Assembly: GCA_041576355.1 (NCBI GenBank)
Contig: JBFGLA010000001.1
Coordinates: 1 to 31,598 of the forward strand
DNA length: 31,598 nt
DNA from: Burkholderiales bacterium
GTDB taxonomy: Bacteria > Pseudomonadota > Gammaproteobacteria > Burkholderiales > SG8-39
Direction of reading: 5' to 3'
Part shown: positions 21,276 through 29,747 of the stretch, one piece after another
Position numbering within the stretch: the first letter of the stretch is position 1
How the letters are laid out: each line of letters opens with the position of its first letter
Translations under genes and position numbers: made by a program
Notes under the pieces: model-generated
What the model was told of the DNA's origin: nothing
What the model saw: only the letters and a program-made list of their open reading frames with translations
Database searches by the model: none

Positions 21276-21988
21276 AGATTGAGCAGGACTTCGCGCTCGG
21301 CTGGCGAGGGCTCGAAGCCGCGCTTGTCGTAGAAATCGAATATCGCCTCGACCACCTTCTGCGGGTCGTCGATCACCTGCACGAGGTCGACATCGTTCGC
21401 GTCGATCATGCCCTCGGCAACGAGGCGCTCGCGAAACCACCCGAGCAGACCGCGCCAGAACGCATCGTGCATGAGGATGATCGGCATCCTGCGCGTCTTG
21501 CCGGTCTGCACCAGGGTCAACGCCTCGAACAGCTCGTCCAGCGTGCCGAACCCGCCCGGCAGGACGACGTACGCGGTGGCGAACTTCACGAACATCACCT
21601 TGCGCGCGAAGAAGTGCTTGAACCGCAGGCTGATGTCCTGATACTCGTTCGCCCGCTGCTCGCGCGGCAGCTCGATGTTGAGCCCGACCGCGAGCCCACG
21701 GCCGTAGAACGCGCCGCGGTTCGCCGCCTCCATCACGCCCGGGCCGCCGCCCGAGATCACGGCGAAGCCTGCGTCCGAGAGCAGTCTCGAAGTGTGCTCG
21801 GCAAGCGCGTAATACGGCGAATCGGGCGCGACGCGCGAGCTGCCGAAGACCGAAACCGCCGGCCGGATGCCGGCGAGCCGCTCGGTCGCCTCGACGAACT
21901 CTGCCATAATGCCGAACACCCGCCACGCCTCGCGGGCGGGGATGTCCCTGCCGAACTGCGCCGGCCCCGGTAGCTTTTCGTTCTTCAT
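21272..21988 (-). CDS. LOG-family (TIGR00730) nucleotide phosphoribohydrolase
   Basis: VSVFGSSR, SGGGPGVMEAANRGA, FFARKVMFVK, PGGFGTLDELFE. Confidence 0.92.
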   Translation of the reverse strand: MKNEKLPGPAQFGRDIPAREAWRVFGIMAEFVEATERLAGIRPAVSVFGSSRVAPDSPYYALAEHTSRLLSDAGFAVISGGGPGVMEAANRGAFYGRGLAVGLNIELPREQRANEYQDISLRFKHFFARKVMFVKFATAYVVLPGGFGTLDELFEALTLVQTGKTRRMPIILMHDAFWRGLLGWFRERLVAEGMIDANDVDLVQVIDDPQKVVEAIFDFYDKRGFEPSPAEREVLLNL

Positions 21989-21992
21989 CACC

Positions 21993-24740
21993 GTGTCTGA
22001 GAAGAATTCGGAAAAAACGCTGCTGCTGGTCGACGGCTCGTCATACCTGTACCGCGCGTTCCACGCGCTGCCGGAGCTGAAGAGCCCCGCGGGCGAGCCG
22101 ACCGGCGCCATCTACGGCGTTCTCAACATGCTACGGCGGCTGGGCGCCGACTACAAGGCGCAGGCGCGAGCGTGCGTGTTCGATGCCAAGGGCAAGACCT
22201 TCCGCGAAGACGAGTACCCGCAGTACAAGGCGAACCGCCCGCCGATGCCCGACGACCTCGCGGCGCAGATCGAGCCGCTCAAGGAGGCGGTCGAGGCGCT
22301 AGGCTGGCCGGTGCTCGCGATCGAAGGAGTGGAAGCCGACGACGTCATCGCGACCCTCGCCGAGAAAGCGAAAGGCGAGGGCTGGCGCTGCGTGATCTCG
22401 ACCGGCGACAAGGACCTCGCGCAGCTCGTGGACGACCGCGTGACGCTCGTCAACACGATGTCGAACGAGACACTCGACCCCGAAGGCGTGAAGCAGAAGT
22501 TCGGCGTCTCCGCGGAGCGCATCGCGGATTATCTGGCGCTCGTCGGCGACGCGGTGGACAACGTCCCCGGCGTCACGAAGGTCGGACCGAAGACCGCGGC
22601 GAAGTGGATCTCGCAGTACGGCTCGCTCGAGGCGGTGATCGCGCACGCGGGCGAGATCGGCGGCGCCGTGGGCGAGAACCTGCGCCAGGTGCTCGACTGG
22701 CTGCCCAAGGCGCGCAGCCTCCTCACCGTCCGGCGCGATCTCGAGCTGCCGCTCAAGCTCGCCGACCTCGCCGACGGCGCGGACGGGAGGGAGCGGCTGC
22801 GCGCGCTTTTCGATCGCTTCGGATTCAAGTCGTGGCTGCGCGAGATCGATGGAAACGGCGCCGAGCCAGAGAAGGACAAGCGGCGCCCGGCTGCCGCAGT
22901 CGCCGAAAAGCCCGCTCCGCAGGCCGAGCGCGTCAAGCGGCGCCGCTATGTGGCGCTGCTCGACGAAGACGCCTTGCGCAAATTCGTCGAGGCGCTCGAG
23001 CGCGCCCCGCTCGCGGGCTTTGACACCGAGACCACGGGGCTCGATCCCATGCTCGCGCGGCTCGTGGGCATGTCGTTCGCGTGCGGCGACACCGCGGCGT
23101 ATGTGCCGCTCGGACACGACTATGCAGGCGCGCCGGGGCAGATTCCCCTCGAGCGCGCGCTCGCGCTCCTGCGTCCCTGGCTCGAGAGCGAGGCGCGGCG
23201 CAAGGTCGGCCAGAACCTCAAGTTCGACTGGCACGTGCTCGCCAACCACGGCATCGCGCTGCGCGGCATCGCCCACGACAACCTGCTCGAGTCCTATGTC
23301 TTCGAAGTGCACGAGCGCCACGACCTCGTCACGCTCGCCCAGCGCCATCTGGGCTGGAAGACGATCGGCTACGACGAGGTCACCGGCAAGGGCGCCGCGC
23401 GCATCCCTTTCTCCTCGGTCGAGGTCGAGCGCGCGACCGAGTACGCGGCGGAGGACGCCGATTGCGCGCTCGCCGTGCACGAGGCGCTCTACCCGCGCAT
23501 CGCCGCGGACGAGAAGCTCAAGACCGTGTACGAGTCGATCGAGATGGCAGTGCTGCCGGTGCTCCTGAGGATGGAGCGAAACGGCGTGCTCCTCGACGCG
23601 GCGAAGCTCACCGAGCAGGGCCACGAGCTGGGCAAAGCAATGTTCGCATTGGAGGAAAAGGCCTACCGCGCCGCGGGCCAGCCCTTCAACCTCAATTCGC
23701 CCAAGCAGATCCAGGAGATACTCTTCGAGCGCCAGGGCCTCCCCGTCAAGAAGAAGACCCCGTCGGGCCAGCCTTCGACCGACGAGGACGTGCTCGCCGA
23801 GCTGGCGCAGGACTATCCCCTGCCGCAGATCCTGCTCGAATACCGGGCGCTCGCGAAGCTCAAGTCCACCTACACCGACAAGCTGCCGCGCATGGTGCAT
23901 CCGCAGACGGGCCGGGTGCACACGACGTACTCTCAGGCGGTCGCCGTGACTGGGCGGCTCGCCTCGAACGACCCCAACCTGCAGAACATCCCGATCCGCA
24001 CGCCGGAGGGAAGAAGGATCCGCGAAGCCTTCGTCGCGCCGCCGGGGTGGAAAATCGTCTCGGCCGACTACTCTCAGATCGAACTGCGCATCATGGCGCA
24101 CCTCTCGGGCGACGAGCACTTGCGGCACGCCTTCGCACGCGGCGACGACGTGCATCGCGCCACCGCCGCCGAAGTCTTCGGCCGCACCCTGGAGGAAGTG
24201 AGCGCGGACGAACGCCGCACCGCGAAGGTGATCAACTTCGGCTTGATCTACGGCATGTCCTCATTCGGTCTGGCGCAGAATCTCGGCATCGAGCGCGCCA
24301 CCGCGCAGGCGTACATCGACTCCTACTTCTCGCGCTATCCCGGCGTGAAGCGCTACATGGACGAGACGCGCGAGCGGGCGCGCGCGCAGGGCTACGTCGA
24401 GACCGCGTTCGGCCGGCGACTGTGGCTTCCGGAGATGAAAAGCGGATCGCCGCAGCGGCGCCAGGCCGCCGAGCGTGCGGCGATCAACGCCCCGATGCAG
24501 GGCACCGCCGCGGACCTCATCAAGCTCGCCATGGTGGCGGTGCAGCGCTGGCTGGACGAGACGAAGCTCGCCACGAAACTCATCATGCAGGTGCACGACG
24601 AGCTGGTGCTCGAAGTGCCGCAGGCCGAGCTGGAGACGGTGAAGGCCGGCGTGCGCGAGCACATGCAGCGCGTGGCGCAGCTCGAGATCCCGCTCATCGT
24701 GGACGTCGGCGTCGGCGCGAATTGGGATCAGGCGCACTGA
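21993..24740 (+). CDS. polA: DNA polymerase I (5'-3' exonuclease, 3'-5' exonuclease, polymerase)
   Basis: LLVDGSSYLYRAFHA, EADDVIATL, FDTETTG (ExoI), TGRLASNDPNLQNIP, ADYSQIELR, RRTAKVINFGLIYG, QVHDELV; GTG start inferred. Confidence 0.98.
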   Translation: MSEKNSEKTLLLVDGSSYLYRAFHALPELKSPAGEPTGAIYGVLNMLRRLGADYKAQARACVFDAKGKTFREDEYPQYKANRPPMPDDLAAQIEPLKEAVEALGWPVLAIEGVEADDVIATLAEKAKGEGWRCVISTGDKDLAQLVDDRVTLVNTMSNETLDPEGVKQKFGVSAERIADYLALVGDAVDNVPGVTKVGPKTAAKWISQYGSLEAVIAHAGEIGGAVGENLRQVLDWLPKARSLLTVRRDLELPLKLADLADGADGRERLRALFDRFGFKSWLREIDGNGAEPEKDKRRPAAAVAEKPAPQAERVKRRRYVALLDEDALRKFVEALERAPLAGFDTETTGLDPMLARLVGMSFACGDTAAYVPLGHDYAGAPGQIPLERALALLRPWLESEARRKVGQNLKFDWHVLANHGIALRGIAHDNLLESYVFEVHERHDLVTLAQRHLGWKTIGYDEVTGKGAARIPFSSVEVERATEYAAEDADCALAVHEALYPRIAADEKLKTVYESIEMAVLPVLLRMERNGVLLDAAKLTEQGHELGKAMFALEEKAYRAAGQPFNLNSPKQIQEILFERQGLPVKKKTPSGQPSTDEDVLAELAQDYPLPQILLEYRALAKLKSTYTDKLPRMVHPQTGRVHTTYSQAVAVTGRLASNDPNLQNIPIRTPEGRRIREAFVAPPGWKIVSADYSQIELRIMAHLSGDEHLRHAFARGDDVHRATAAEVFGRTLEEVSADERRTAKVINFGLIYGMSSFGLAQNLGIERATAQAYIDSYFSRYPGVKRYMDETRERARAQGYVETAFGRRLWLPEMKSGSPQRRQAAERAAINAPMQGTAADLIKLAMVAVQRWLDETKLATKLIMQVHDELVLEVPQAELETVKAGVREHMQRVAQLEIPLIVDVGVGANWDQAH

Positions 24741-24756
24741 GCGCCTTCAGCGAGCC

Positions 24757-25335
24757 TCAACCGGACCAGAAGCGATCGAGCAGATAGTCTGTGACGAATC
24801 CGCCGTGCAGAACTATCGCTAGCCCCTTATAGAAGACAAGGAAGAGCAGGGCCGTTGCGACGGTGCTGAGACCGATCGAGAAGCGCCAGCCCTCCTTGGC
24901 GTAGAAGCGCAGGAACGCCGCGAGAAACACCGGAATCGTCGGCCAGAAGCCGAACAGGATAAGGCTCGCCACCAGTCCGATGAAGCAGCCCCACAACACG
25001 ATCTCGCGCCGGGTCTCGCCGGCCTCGGGCAGCTCGCTTTGCACGACCTGCAGGGTCTCATGGGCGACCTCAAGATCGATCTTGTGTCCGACGACTCTTT
25101 CGACTTCCTCCCCCGCCTGCTCGAAACCGCCGCCGCGGTTCACGGGCGCCTCGGCTCTGGACCGGCGGTGGTCGCGAAACTCGAGGAAGAGTTGCAGCAG
25201 GCACAACGCGATGGCGGGCAGGCCGATAACGAGCGGCATGAAGCGCGCCTGCGGCGGATACTGGAGGGCAATGCCGACCATCACGACGAAGATCGCGAGC
25301 ATCACCAGGTTCATGGCGATCTTGCCGCTATGCAT
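24757..25335 (-). CDS. tctB: Tripartite tricarboxylate transporter small membrane subunit (TctB family)
   Basis: 4-5 TM protein overlapping the tctA stop; ARFMP, LFGFWPTIPVF, LFLVFYKGLAIVL. Confidence 0.75.
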   Translation of the reverse strand: MHSGKIAMNLVMLAIFVVMVGIALQYPPQARFMPLVIGLPAIALCLLQLFLEFRDHRRSRAEAPVNRGGGFEQAGEEVERVVGHKIDLEVAHETLQVVQSELPEAGETRREIVLWGCFIGLVASLILFGFWPTIPVFLAAFLRFYAKEGWRFSIGLSTVATALLFLVFYKGLAIVLHGGFVTDYLLDRFWSG

Positions 25336-26842
25336 GGAGGCGCGCCTCGATCATTCGTGCGTTCGACCTCCGGCCTTTGTAGACCGCGTAGGCGATGGTC
25401 AGCGCGATGAGCGCGATCAAGACCAGCGACAGCGGCCGCAGGAAGAACTGCATGCCCCAGAGCGCGAGCGCCTTGTGCAGCGACTGCTCCGCGATCTTGC
25501 CCAGCACCAGGCCAATGGCAAAAGGCGCGCGCGGCCAGCCGAACTTGAGGAGCCCGTAGCCGATGGCGCTGAACACCACAAGGATCACCAGGTTTTGCCA
25601 CTGGGCCTCGTTGATATAGGCGCCGATGACGCACAGGACGAGCACGAACGGGATCAACAGGCTGCCGCGCACGAAGGTAAGGATCGCCACCCAGCGCGCA
25701 ACGAAGAGCAGAAAGCTCACCGCGATGATGTTGCCGACCACGAGCGCCCAGATCAGCATCCATACCAGGTCGAGGTGATCGGTGATCATCGTCGGCCCGG
25801 GCTGTATGCCGAGGATGAGGAACGCGCCGAGCATCACCGCCATGCCCGAGGACCCGGGAATGCCGAAGAACACCGTCGGCAGGAGCGACCCGCCCTCCTT
25901 GGCGTTGCTCGCCGTCTCGGGCGCGATCACACCCTCGACTGCGCCCTTGCCGAAGCGCTCGGGCGTCTTCGAGCTTTGCACCGCGTGCCCGTAGCACATC
26001 CACGCCGCAGCCGAGCCACCGAGGCCGGGAATGATGCCGATCACCGCGCCGATGATCGAGGTGCGCAGCGCGAGCCACCAGTGACGCGGCACTTCGAGCA
26101 CGCCGTCGAACAGCTCGCGGTAGCTGTACTTCGCCGCCTTGAGCGAGATCGCCGAGATCGAGCCGCCCCTCACGCCGAGCGCGATCATCTCGGGCACGGC
26201 GAAAAGCGCGAGCACCGCGGTCACCAGGCTCAACCCGTCCCACAAGAAGAGGTAATCGCCCGAGTAGCGTGCGATACCCGTCTGCGGATCCATGCCGATG
26301 GTTGCGAGCATCATGCCGAAGAGACCGACGATGATTCCCTTGTAGATGCTCGCCCCGCCGGAGAGGAAGGCAATGAACGTGATGCCGAGCAGCGCGAGAA
26401 GGAAGAACTCCGCCGGGCTGAACGAGAGCACGAGCGGCTCGATCACCGGGATGAGGATCGCGAAGACGATCGCGCCGATGATGCCGCCGACTCCGGAGGC
26501 GGTGAGGCTCGCGCCGAGCGCGCGCCCCGCCTCGCCTTTCTTAGCCATTGGGTAGCCGTCGATCGTCGTCGCCGCGTCGTCGCCGTCGCCCGGCACGCCG
26601 AACATGATGCTCGAGATCTGCCCGCTGGTGCCGTTCACTGCGTGCATGGTGAGCAGGAAGATCGCGCCGGCGATCATGTCCATGCCGAAGACGAACGGGA
26701 TCGCAAGCGCGATCGAGAGCTTGCCGCCCAGGCCCGGCGTCGCGCCGACAAAGATGCCGATCGCCACCGCGAGCACCATCAGCCCCATGAGATAGGGGGA
26801 CGTCAGCAGCGTAAACAGCGTGCCGAACATCGTCTCGAGCAT
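25328..26842 (-). CDS. tctA: Tripartite tricarboxylate transporter large membrane subunit (TctA family)
   Basis: GATPGLG, PG...AATTIDGYPMAKKGEAGRAL, IGIIPGLGG, GVIAPETASNA, FFGIPGS, GIQPGP. Confidence 0.93.
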   Translation of the reverse strand: MLETMFGTLFTLLTSPYLMGLMVLAVAIGIFVGATPGLGGKLSIALAIPFVFGMDMIAGAIFLLTMHAVNGTSGQISSIMFGVPGDGDDAATTIDGYPMAKKGEAGRALGASLTASGVGGIIGAIVFAILIPVIEPLVLSFSPAEFFLLALLGITFIAFLSGGASIYKGIIVGLFGMMLATIGMDPQTGIARYSGDYLFLWDGLSLVTAVLALFAVPEMIALGVRGGSISAISLKAAKYSYRELFDGVLEVPRHWWLALRTSIIGAVIGIIPGLGGSAAAWMCYGHAVQSSKTPERFGKGAVEGVIAPETASNAKEGGSLLPTVFFGIPGSSGMAVMLGAFLILGIQPGPTMITDHLDLVWMLIWALVVGNIIAVSFLLFVARWVAILTFVRGSLLIPFVLVLCVIGAYINEAQWQNLVILVVFSAIGYGLLKFGWPRAPFAIGLVLGKIAEQSLHKALALWGMQFFLRPLSLVLIALIALTIAYAVYKGRRSNARMIEARLHA

Positions 26843-26876
26843 GGATCGCTTGCGCTCCGCGGCAGGGGGACGGCGG

Positions 26877-26906
26877 ATCATGAAGTCCCCGCACGATGCG
26901 GGTCAA
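26877..26906 (-). promoter_or_regulatory. Putative sigma70 promoter of tctAB with an inverted repeat in its spacer
   Basis: TTGACC (26901-26906), 18 nt, CATGAT (26877-26882); CCCGCA-N3-TGCGGG at 26888-26902. Confidence 0.45.
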
Positions 26907-26950
26907 GCTCGGGTTCCGCCCGGCGGCACGGGCGCTGCAGCGCCGAATGG

Positions 26951-28015
26951 TCAGCCGGAGACGGCGGCTTCGTCGCCCCAGCGCTGCACGCGCGGGTTCA
27001 TCACCCGGAACCACAGCGGCGGTACGAGCGCGAGCGGCACCATCGTTGCGTAGCCGGCCGGCAGCTTGGGGCTGTGGGATCGAGGCTGCAGCGCCGCGTA
27101 GGGTCGGCCCGGGTTGAGGTGATGGTCGGCGTGCCGCTGCAGATGGATGAGAAAGCTGTTCGTCAGCATTTCGTAAGCGTCCCAGGCATGGCGCTCGTCG
27201 ACGCGCTCGTAGCGGCCGTCGGCGAGTCGACGCCGCGCGAGCCCGTAATGCTCGATGTAATTCACCGTCTCAAGCAGCAGTATCGCCATCGCGCTCTGGA
27301 CGAAGAAGAAAATCGCCGCGAGCGGACCGAAAAGCGAAGCGAGCGCAGCGGCGATCGCGGGCGGCGCGGCGCAAAGCCAAAGCATCTCGTTCCGCCAATG
27401 CCATGCGGGGAGTCCAAGCCGCGCGAGCCGCTCGGTTTCGAGTTGCCAGGCGTGCGTGAACGACCCGGTCAGGGTGCGCGGCAGGAACGCCCACAGGCTC
27501 TCGCCGTAGCGCGCGCTCGCGGGATCCTCGGGCATAGCGACGCGCACGTGGTGGCCGCGGTTGTGCTCGATCGTGAAATGGCCGTAGCTCACGGTGACGA
27601 GGAGGAGCTTCGCCAGCCAGCGCTCGAGGCGCGAGCGCTTGTGGCCCAGCTCGTGGGCGATAGTGATCCCCTGCGAGCCCGTCACCACGCCCACCGAGAG
27701 CATGAGGCCGAGCGCCTGCCAGGGGCCGAGCGCACCGCTTCCGCTCACCCAGGCACCCCAGAGGATGAGAAAGAGGTGCAGCGGGACATAGGCGAGGAGC
27801 AGAGCGCGGAAGAATGCGCTGCGCTCCAGCCGGGCTACCTCGGCCGCCGGGGCGGGGTTCGGATCGCGTCCAATCAGCCAATCGAGCATCGGTACCGCGA
27901 CGAAGAATACGGCGAACGTATAGTAGTTCGCGCCGTGCTGGTACCCGGCGAGCGGCGCTCCTACGACGGTAAGCGCAAGGACAAAGCGTAGATCGCGCGC
28001 TGCGAAGCTGGGCAT
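26951..28015 (-). CDS. alkB: AlkB-family membrane di-iron alkane 1-monooxygenase
   Basis: All four AlkB His motifs: HELGH, EHNRGHH, NYIEHYG, LQRHADHH; PMLDWLIGRD helix-2 motif. Confidence 0.92.
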   Translation of the reverse strand: MPSFAARDLRFVLALTVVGAPLAGYQHGANYYTFAVFFVAVPMLDWLIGRDPNPAPAAEVARLERSAFFRALLLAYVPLHLFLILWGAWVSGSGALGPWQALGLMLSVGVVTGSQGITIAHELGHKRSRLERWLAKLLLVTVSYGHFTIEHNRGHHVRVAMPEDPASARYGESLWAFLPRTLTGSFTHAWQLETERLARLGLPAWHWRNEMLWLCAAPPAIAAALASLFGPLAAIFFFVQSAMAILLLETVNYIEHYGLARRRLADGRYERVDERHAWDAYEMLTNSFLIHLQRHADHHLNPGRPYAALQPRSHSPKLPAGYATMVPLALVPPLWFRVMNPRVQRWGDEAAVSG

Positions 28016-28023
28016 GCGGACAA

Positions 28024-28029
28024 AGTGTA
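28024..28029 (-). promoter_or_regulatory. Putative -10 element (TACACT) 8 nt upstream of the alkB ATG; no SD
   Basis: Minus strand reads TACACT-ttgtccgc-ATG. Confidence 0.45.
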
Positions 28030-28093
28030 GCTCAGGCGATCGGCACTGGCGCGGCTCTCGCTACGCAAATGACAGCGGAGACGGCGCCGTTCT

Positions 28094-28873
28094 CTAGAAG
28101 TAGTACTTGTAGTTGAGGTACGCAGATATGTCGGTCACGTTGTACCGGTACCGATCGTCCTCGTATACGGGGCCGGCGGCGGTGACGGTAACACCCCAGT
28201 TCCGGTAGCGGCCTTCCAGGTACAGGCTCGCCGCCGTTTTTAGATCGTAGCGGCCGTTCGAGATCTCGACGGGCGTGGTGTTGCTCGGGTAGTCGAGGAT
28301 GATGTTGCCTTCGTACTTCGCCACTCCGAGCCCGAGCCCGACCCCCGCTCGCCAATAGGCGCCCTTCGGTCCGTGCTCACCGAGCTGGTAGAAGAGAGTG
28401 GGGACGACATACGCCACCCTGCCGCGAACCCGGGTGCCGATATCGCGGTAGTCGTCTTTCGCGACTTCCTGCCGGTCCATGGTGAACCGGGTGTAGTTGA
28501 ACGCGAAGTTGTAGCCGAACTTCGATGTGCCGATGAACGACGGCCGCGTACTGTAGCTGAGGAAGTACGCGTTCTCGTTGCGCTCGGAGATCTTGCCGTA
28601 TGCGTTGGTGATCTTGTCTCTCACCTGGATATCGGCCTGGCGCGTGCCGAGACCGACGGTGACGCCGGCACCGACATAAAGGTAGTCCCACAGCCAGGCC
28701 CAGAAGGAACCCGGCTCGGGCTTTGCTTGCGCGGCCGGTGGCTCGGCCGCCGGCGCTACGACTTGAGTGCCGGTTTCCACCGGGCTCTCGGCTCGCGCCG
28801 CGCCCGCGGGCATCCAGCACAGTGCAAGCCCCACCGCCGCCAGCTCGAGCGCCAAGCGCGACAACCGAGACAT
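28094..28873 (-). CDS. Uncharacterised outer-membrane beta-barrel protein (about 8 strands)
   Basis: Signal peptide ending AARA, alternating Gly/aromatic strands (YLYVGAGVTVGLG, FGYNFAFNY, YWRAGVGLGLG), C-terminal YLNYKYYF beta-signal; start MSRLSRL at 28873. Confidence 0.8.
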   Translation of the reverse strand: MSRLSRLALELAAVGLALCWMPAGAARAESPVETGTQVVAPAAEPPAAQAKPEPGSFWAWLWDYLYVGAGVTVGLGTRQADIQVRDKITNAYGKISERNENAYFLSYSTRPSFIGTSKFGYNFAFNYTRFTMDRQEVAKDDYRDIGTRVRGRVAYVVPTLFYQLGEHGPKGAYWRAGVGLGLGVAKYEGNIILDYPSNTTPVEISNGRYDLKTAASLYLEGRYRNWGVTVTAAGPVYEDDRYRYNVTDISAYLNYKYYF

Positions 28874-28878
28874 ACGCG

Positions 28879-29574
28879 CTACCGCCGCAAGGCCCCGAAG
28901 ACTTTCTTGACGATGCTGCTGCCCGCCTTGACCGGGTCCTTGCGGATGCTCTTCTCCTCCTCGGCCACCGCGAAGAATAGGCCGTCGAGCGCCTTGCGCG
29001 TCACGTAGTCGTCCAGGTTCGCCTGCTCTTCCTTCACCAGACCGAAGCGCACGCCTTTCTCGGCATAGGCGTTGTATTTCTGCGCGAGGCCCACCTTGCC
29101 CGTCGCCTTCTTTACGATCGGCAAGAACTTCGCGCGCAGCGGCTCGCTCGTCTGGCGCTGGAAGTACTCGGTGCCCGCGCTGTCGCCGCCGGTGAGGATC
29201 GCCTTGGCGTCCTGCACCGTCATCTTCTTCACCGCGGCGACGAACACCGGTTTCGCCTCGCTGACCGCGGTCTCGGCCGCCCGGTTCATGGCGAGCACCA
29301 GCTCGTCGGCGCGCTCGCCCTGGCCGACGCGGCGCATGAGCTTCTCCGCGCGCGCGAGCGACTCGGGCAGCGGGATCTTCACCCGCGCATCGCCGAAGAA
29401 CCCGTCCTCGCGTCCGAGCCTCGCGACCGCCGCCTGCGATCCCTTCTCCAGCGCCGCCTTGAGCGCCGCCGCCGCGTCGCGCTGAGTGATCGATTCCAGC
29501 TGGGCGAAAACGGGGCGTGCCATCCAGCCGACGAAGACCAGCGAGGTGAAGAAAACGAGGATGCGCGCGTTCAC
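28879..29574 (-). CDS. DUF4197 family exported protein
   Basis: Signal peptide, LKAALEKG, DGFFGDARVKIPLP, MNRAAETAV, DAKAILTGGDSAGTEYF, YVTRKALDGLF, EEEKSIRKDP. Confidence 0.9.
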   Translation of the reverse strand: MNARILVFFTSLVFVGWMARPVFAQLESITQRDAAAALKAALEKGSQAAVARLGREDGFFGDARVKIPLPESLARAEKLMRRVGQGERADELVLAMNRAAETAVSEAKPVFVAAVKKMTVQDAKAILTGGDSAGTEYFQRQTSEPLRAKFLPIVKKATGKVGLAQKYNAYAEKGVRFGLVKEEQANLDDYVTRKALDGLFFAVAEEEKSIRKDPVKAGSSIVKKVFGALRR

Positions 29575-29690
29575 GAAACACTCCCGCGAAAAGCCCGCCC
29601 AAGCTTATCGCCGCGCCCGGACCTGCCGCGTGCGGTTCGTCACGCTCGCCGGGGAATTTTCGTGCGCTCAAAGGCCTCGGCCGCGCGGCG

Positions 29691-29745
29691 TTGCCCCGCC
29701 AACGCGGCCCGCGTAGAATGCCGTTCATACACATTACGAGGTGTA
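29691..29745 (+). promoter_or_regulatory. vapBC sigma70 promoter and candidate operator
   Basis: TTGCCC (29691-29696), 17 nt, TAGAAT (29714-29719); TACAC-N8-GTGTA inverted repeat (29728-29745) covering the GAGG SD. Confidence 0.55.
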
Positions 29746-29747
29746 CG

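Noticed and set aside
18439-21926. Extended ORF-track starts (18439-19497, 20658-21926, and similar ones for ubiB and the hydrolase) implying fusions or long overlaps
   Set aside because: Family-typical N-termini begin at internal start codons next to the upstream gene's stop
22299-24155. 618-aa minus-strand ORF opposite polA, and a 568-aa alternative-frame ORF (23081-24787)
   Set aside because: Overlap the well-supported polA; low-complexity translations
26931-26944. 14-bp perfect palindrome GGCGCTGCAGCGCC after alkB
   Set aside because: Single copy, GC-rich, no U tract; could be chance
24980-27991. 1003-aa plus-strand ORF spanning tctB, tctA and alkB
   Set aside because: It is in exact antisense codon register with tctA and alkB, where stops need TTA/CTA/TCA sense codons that are rare at this GC content; the translation has no recognisable motifs
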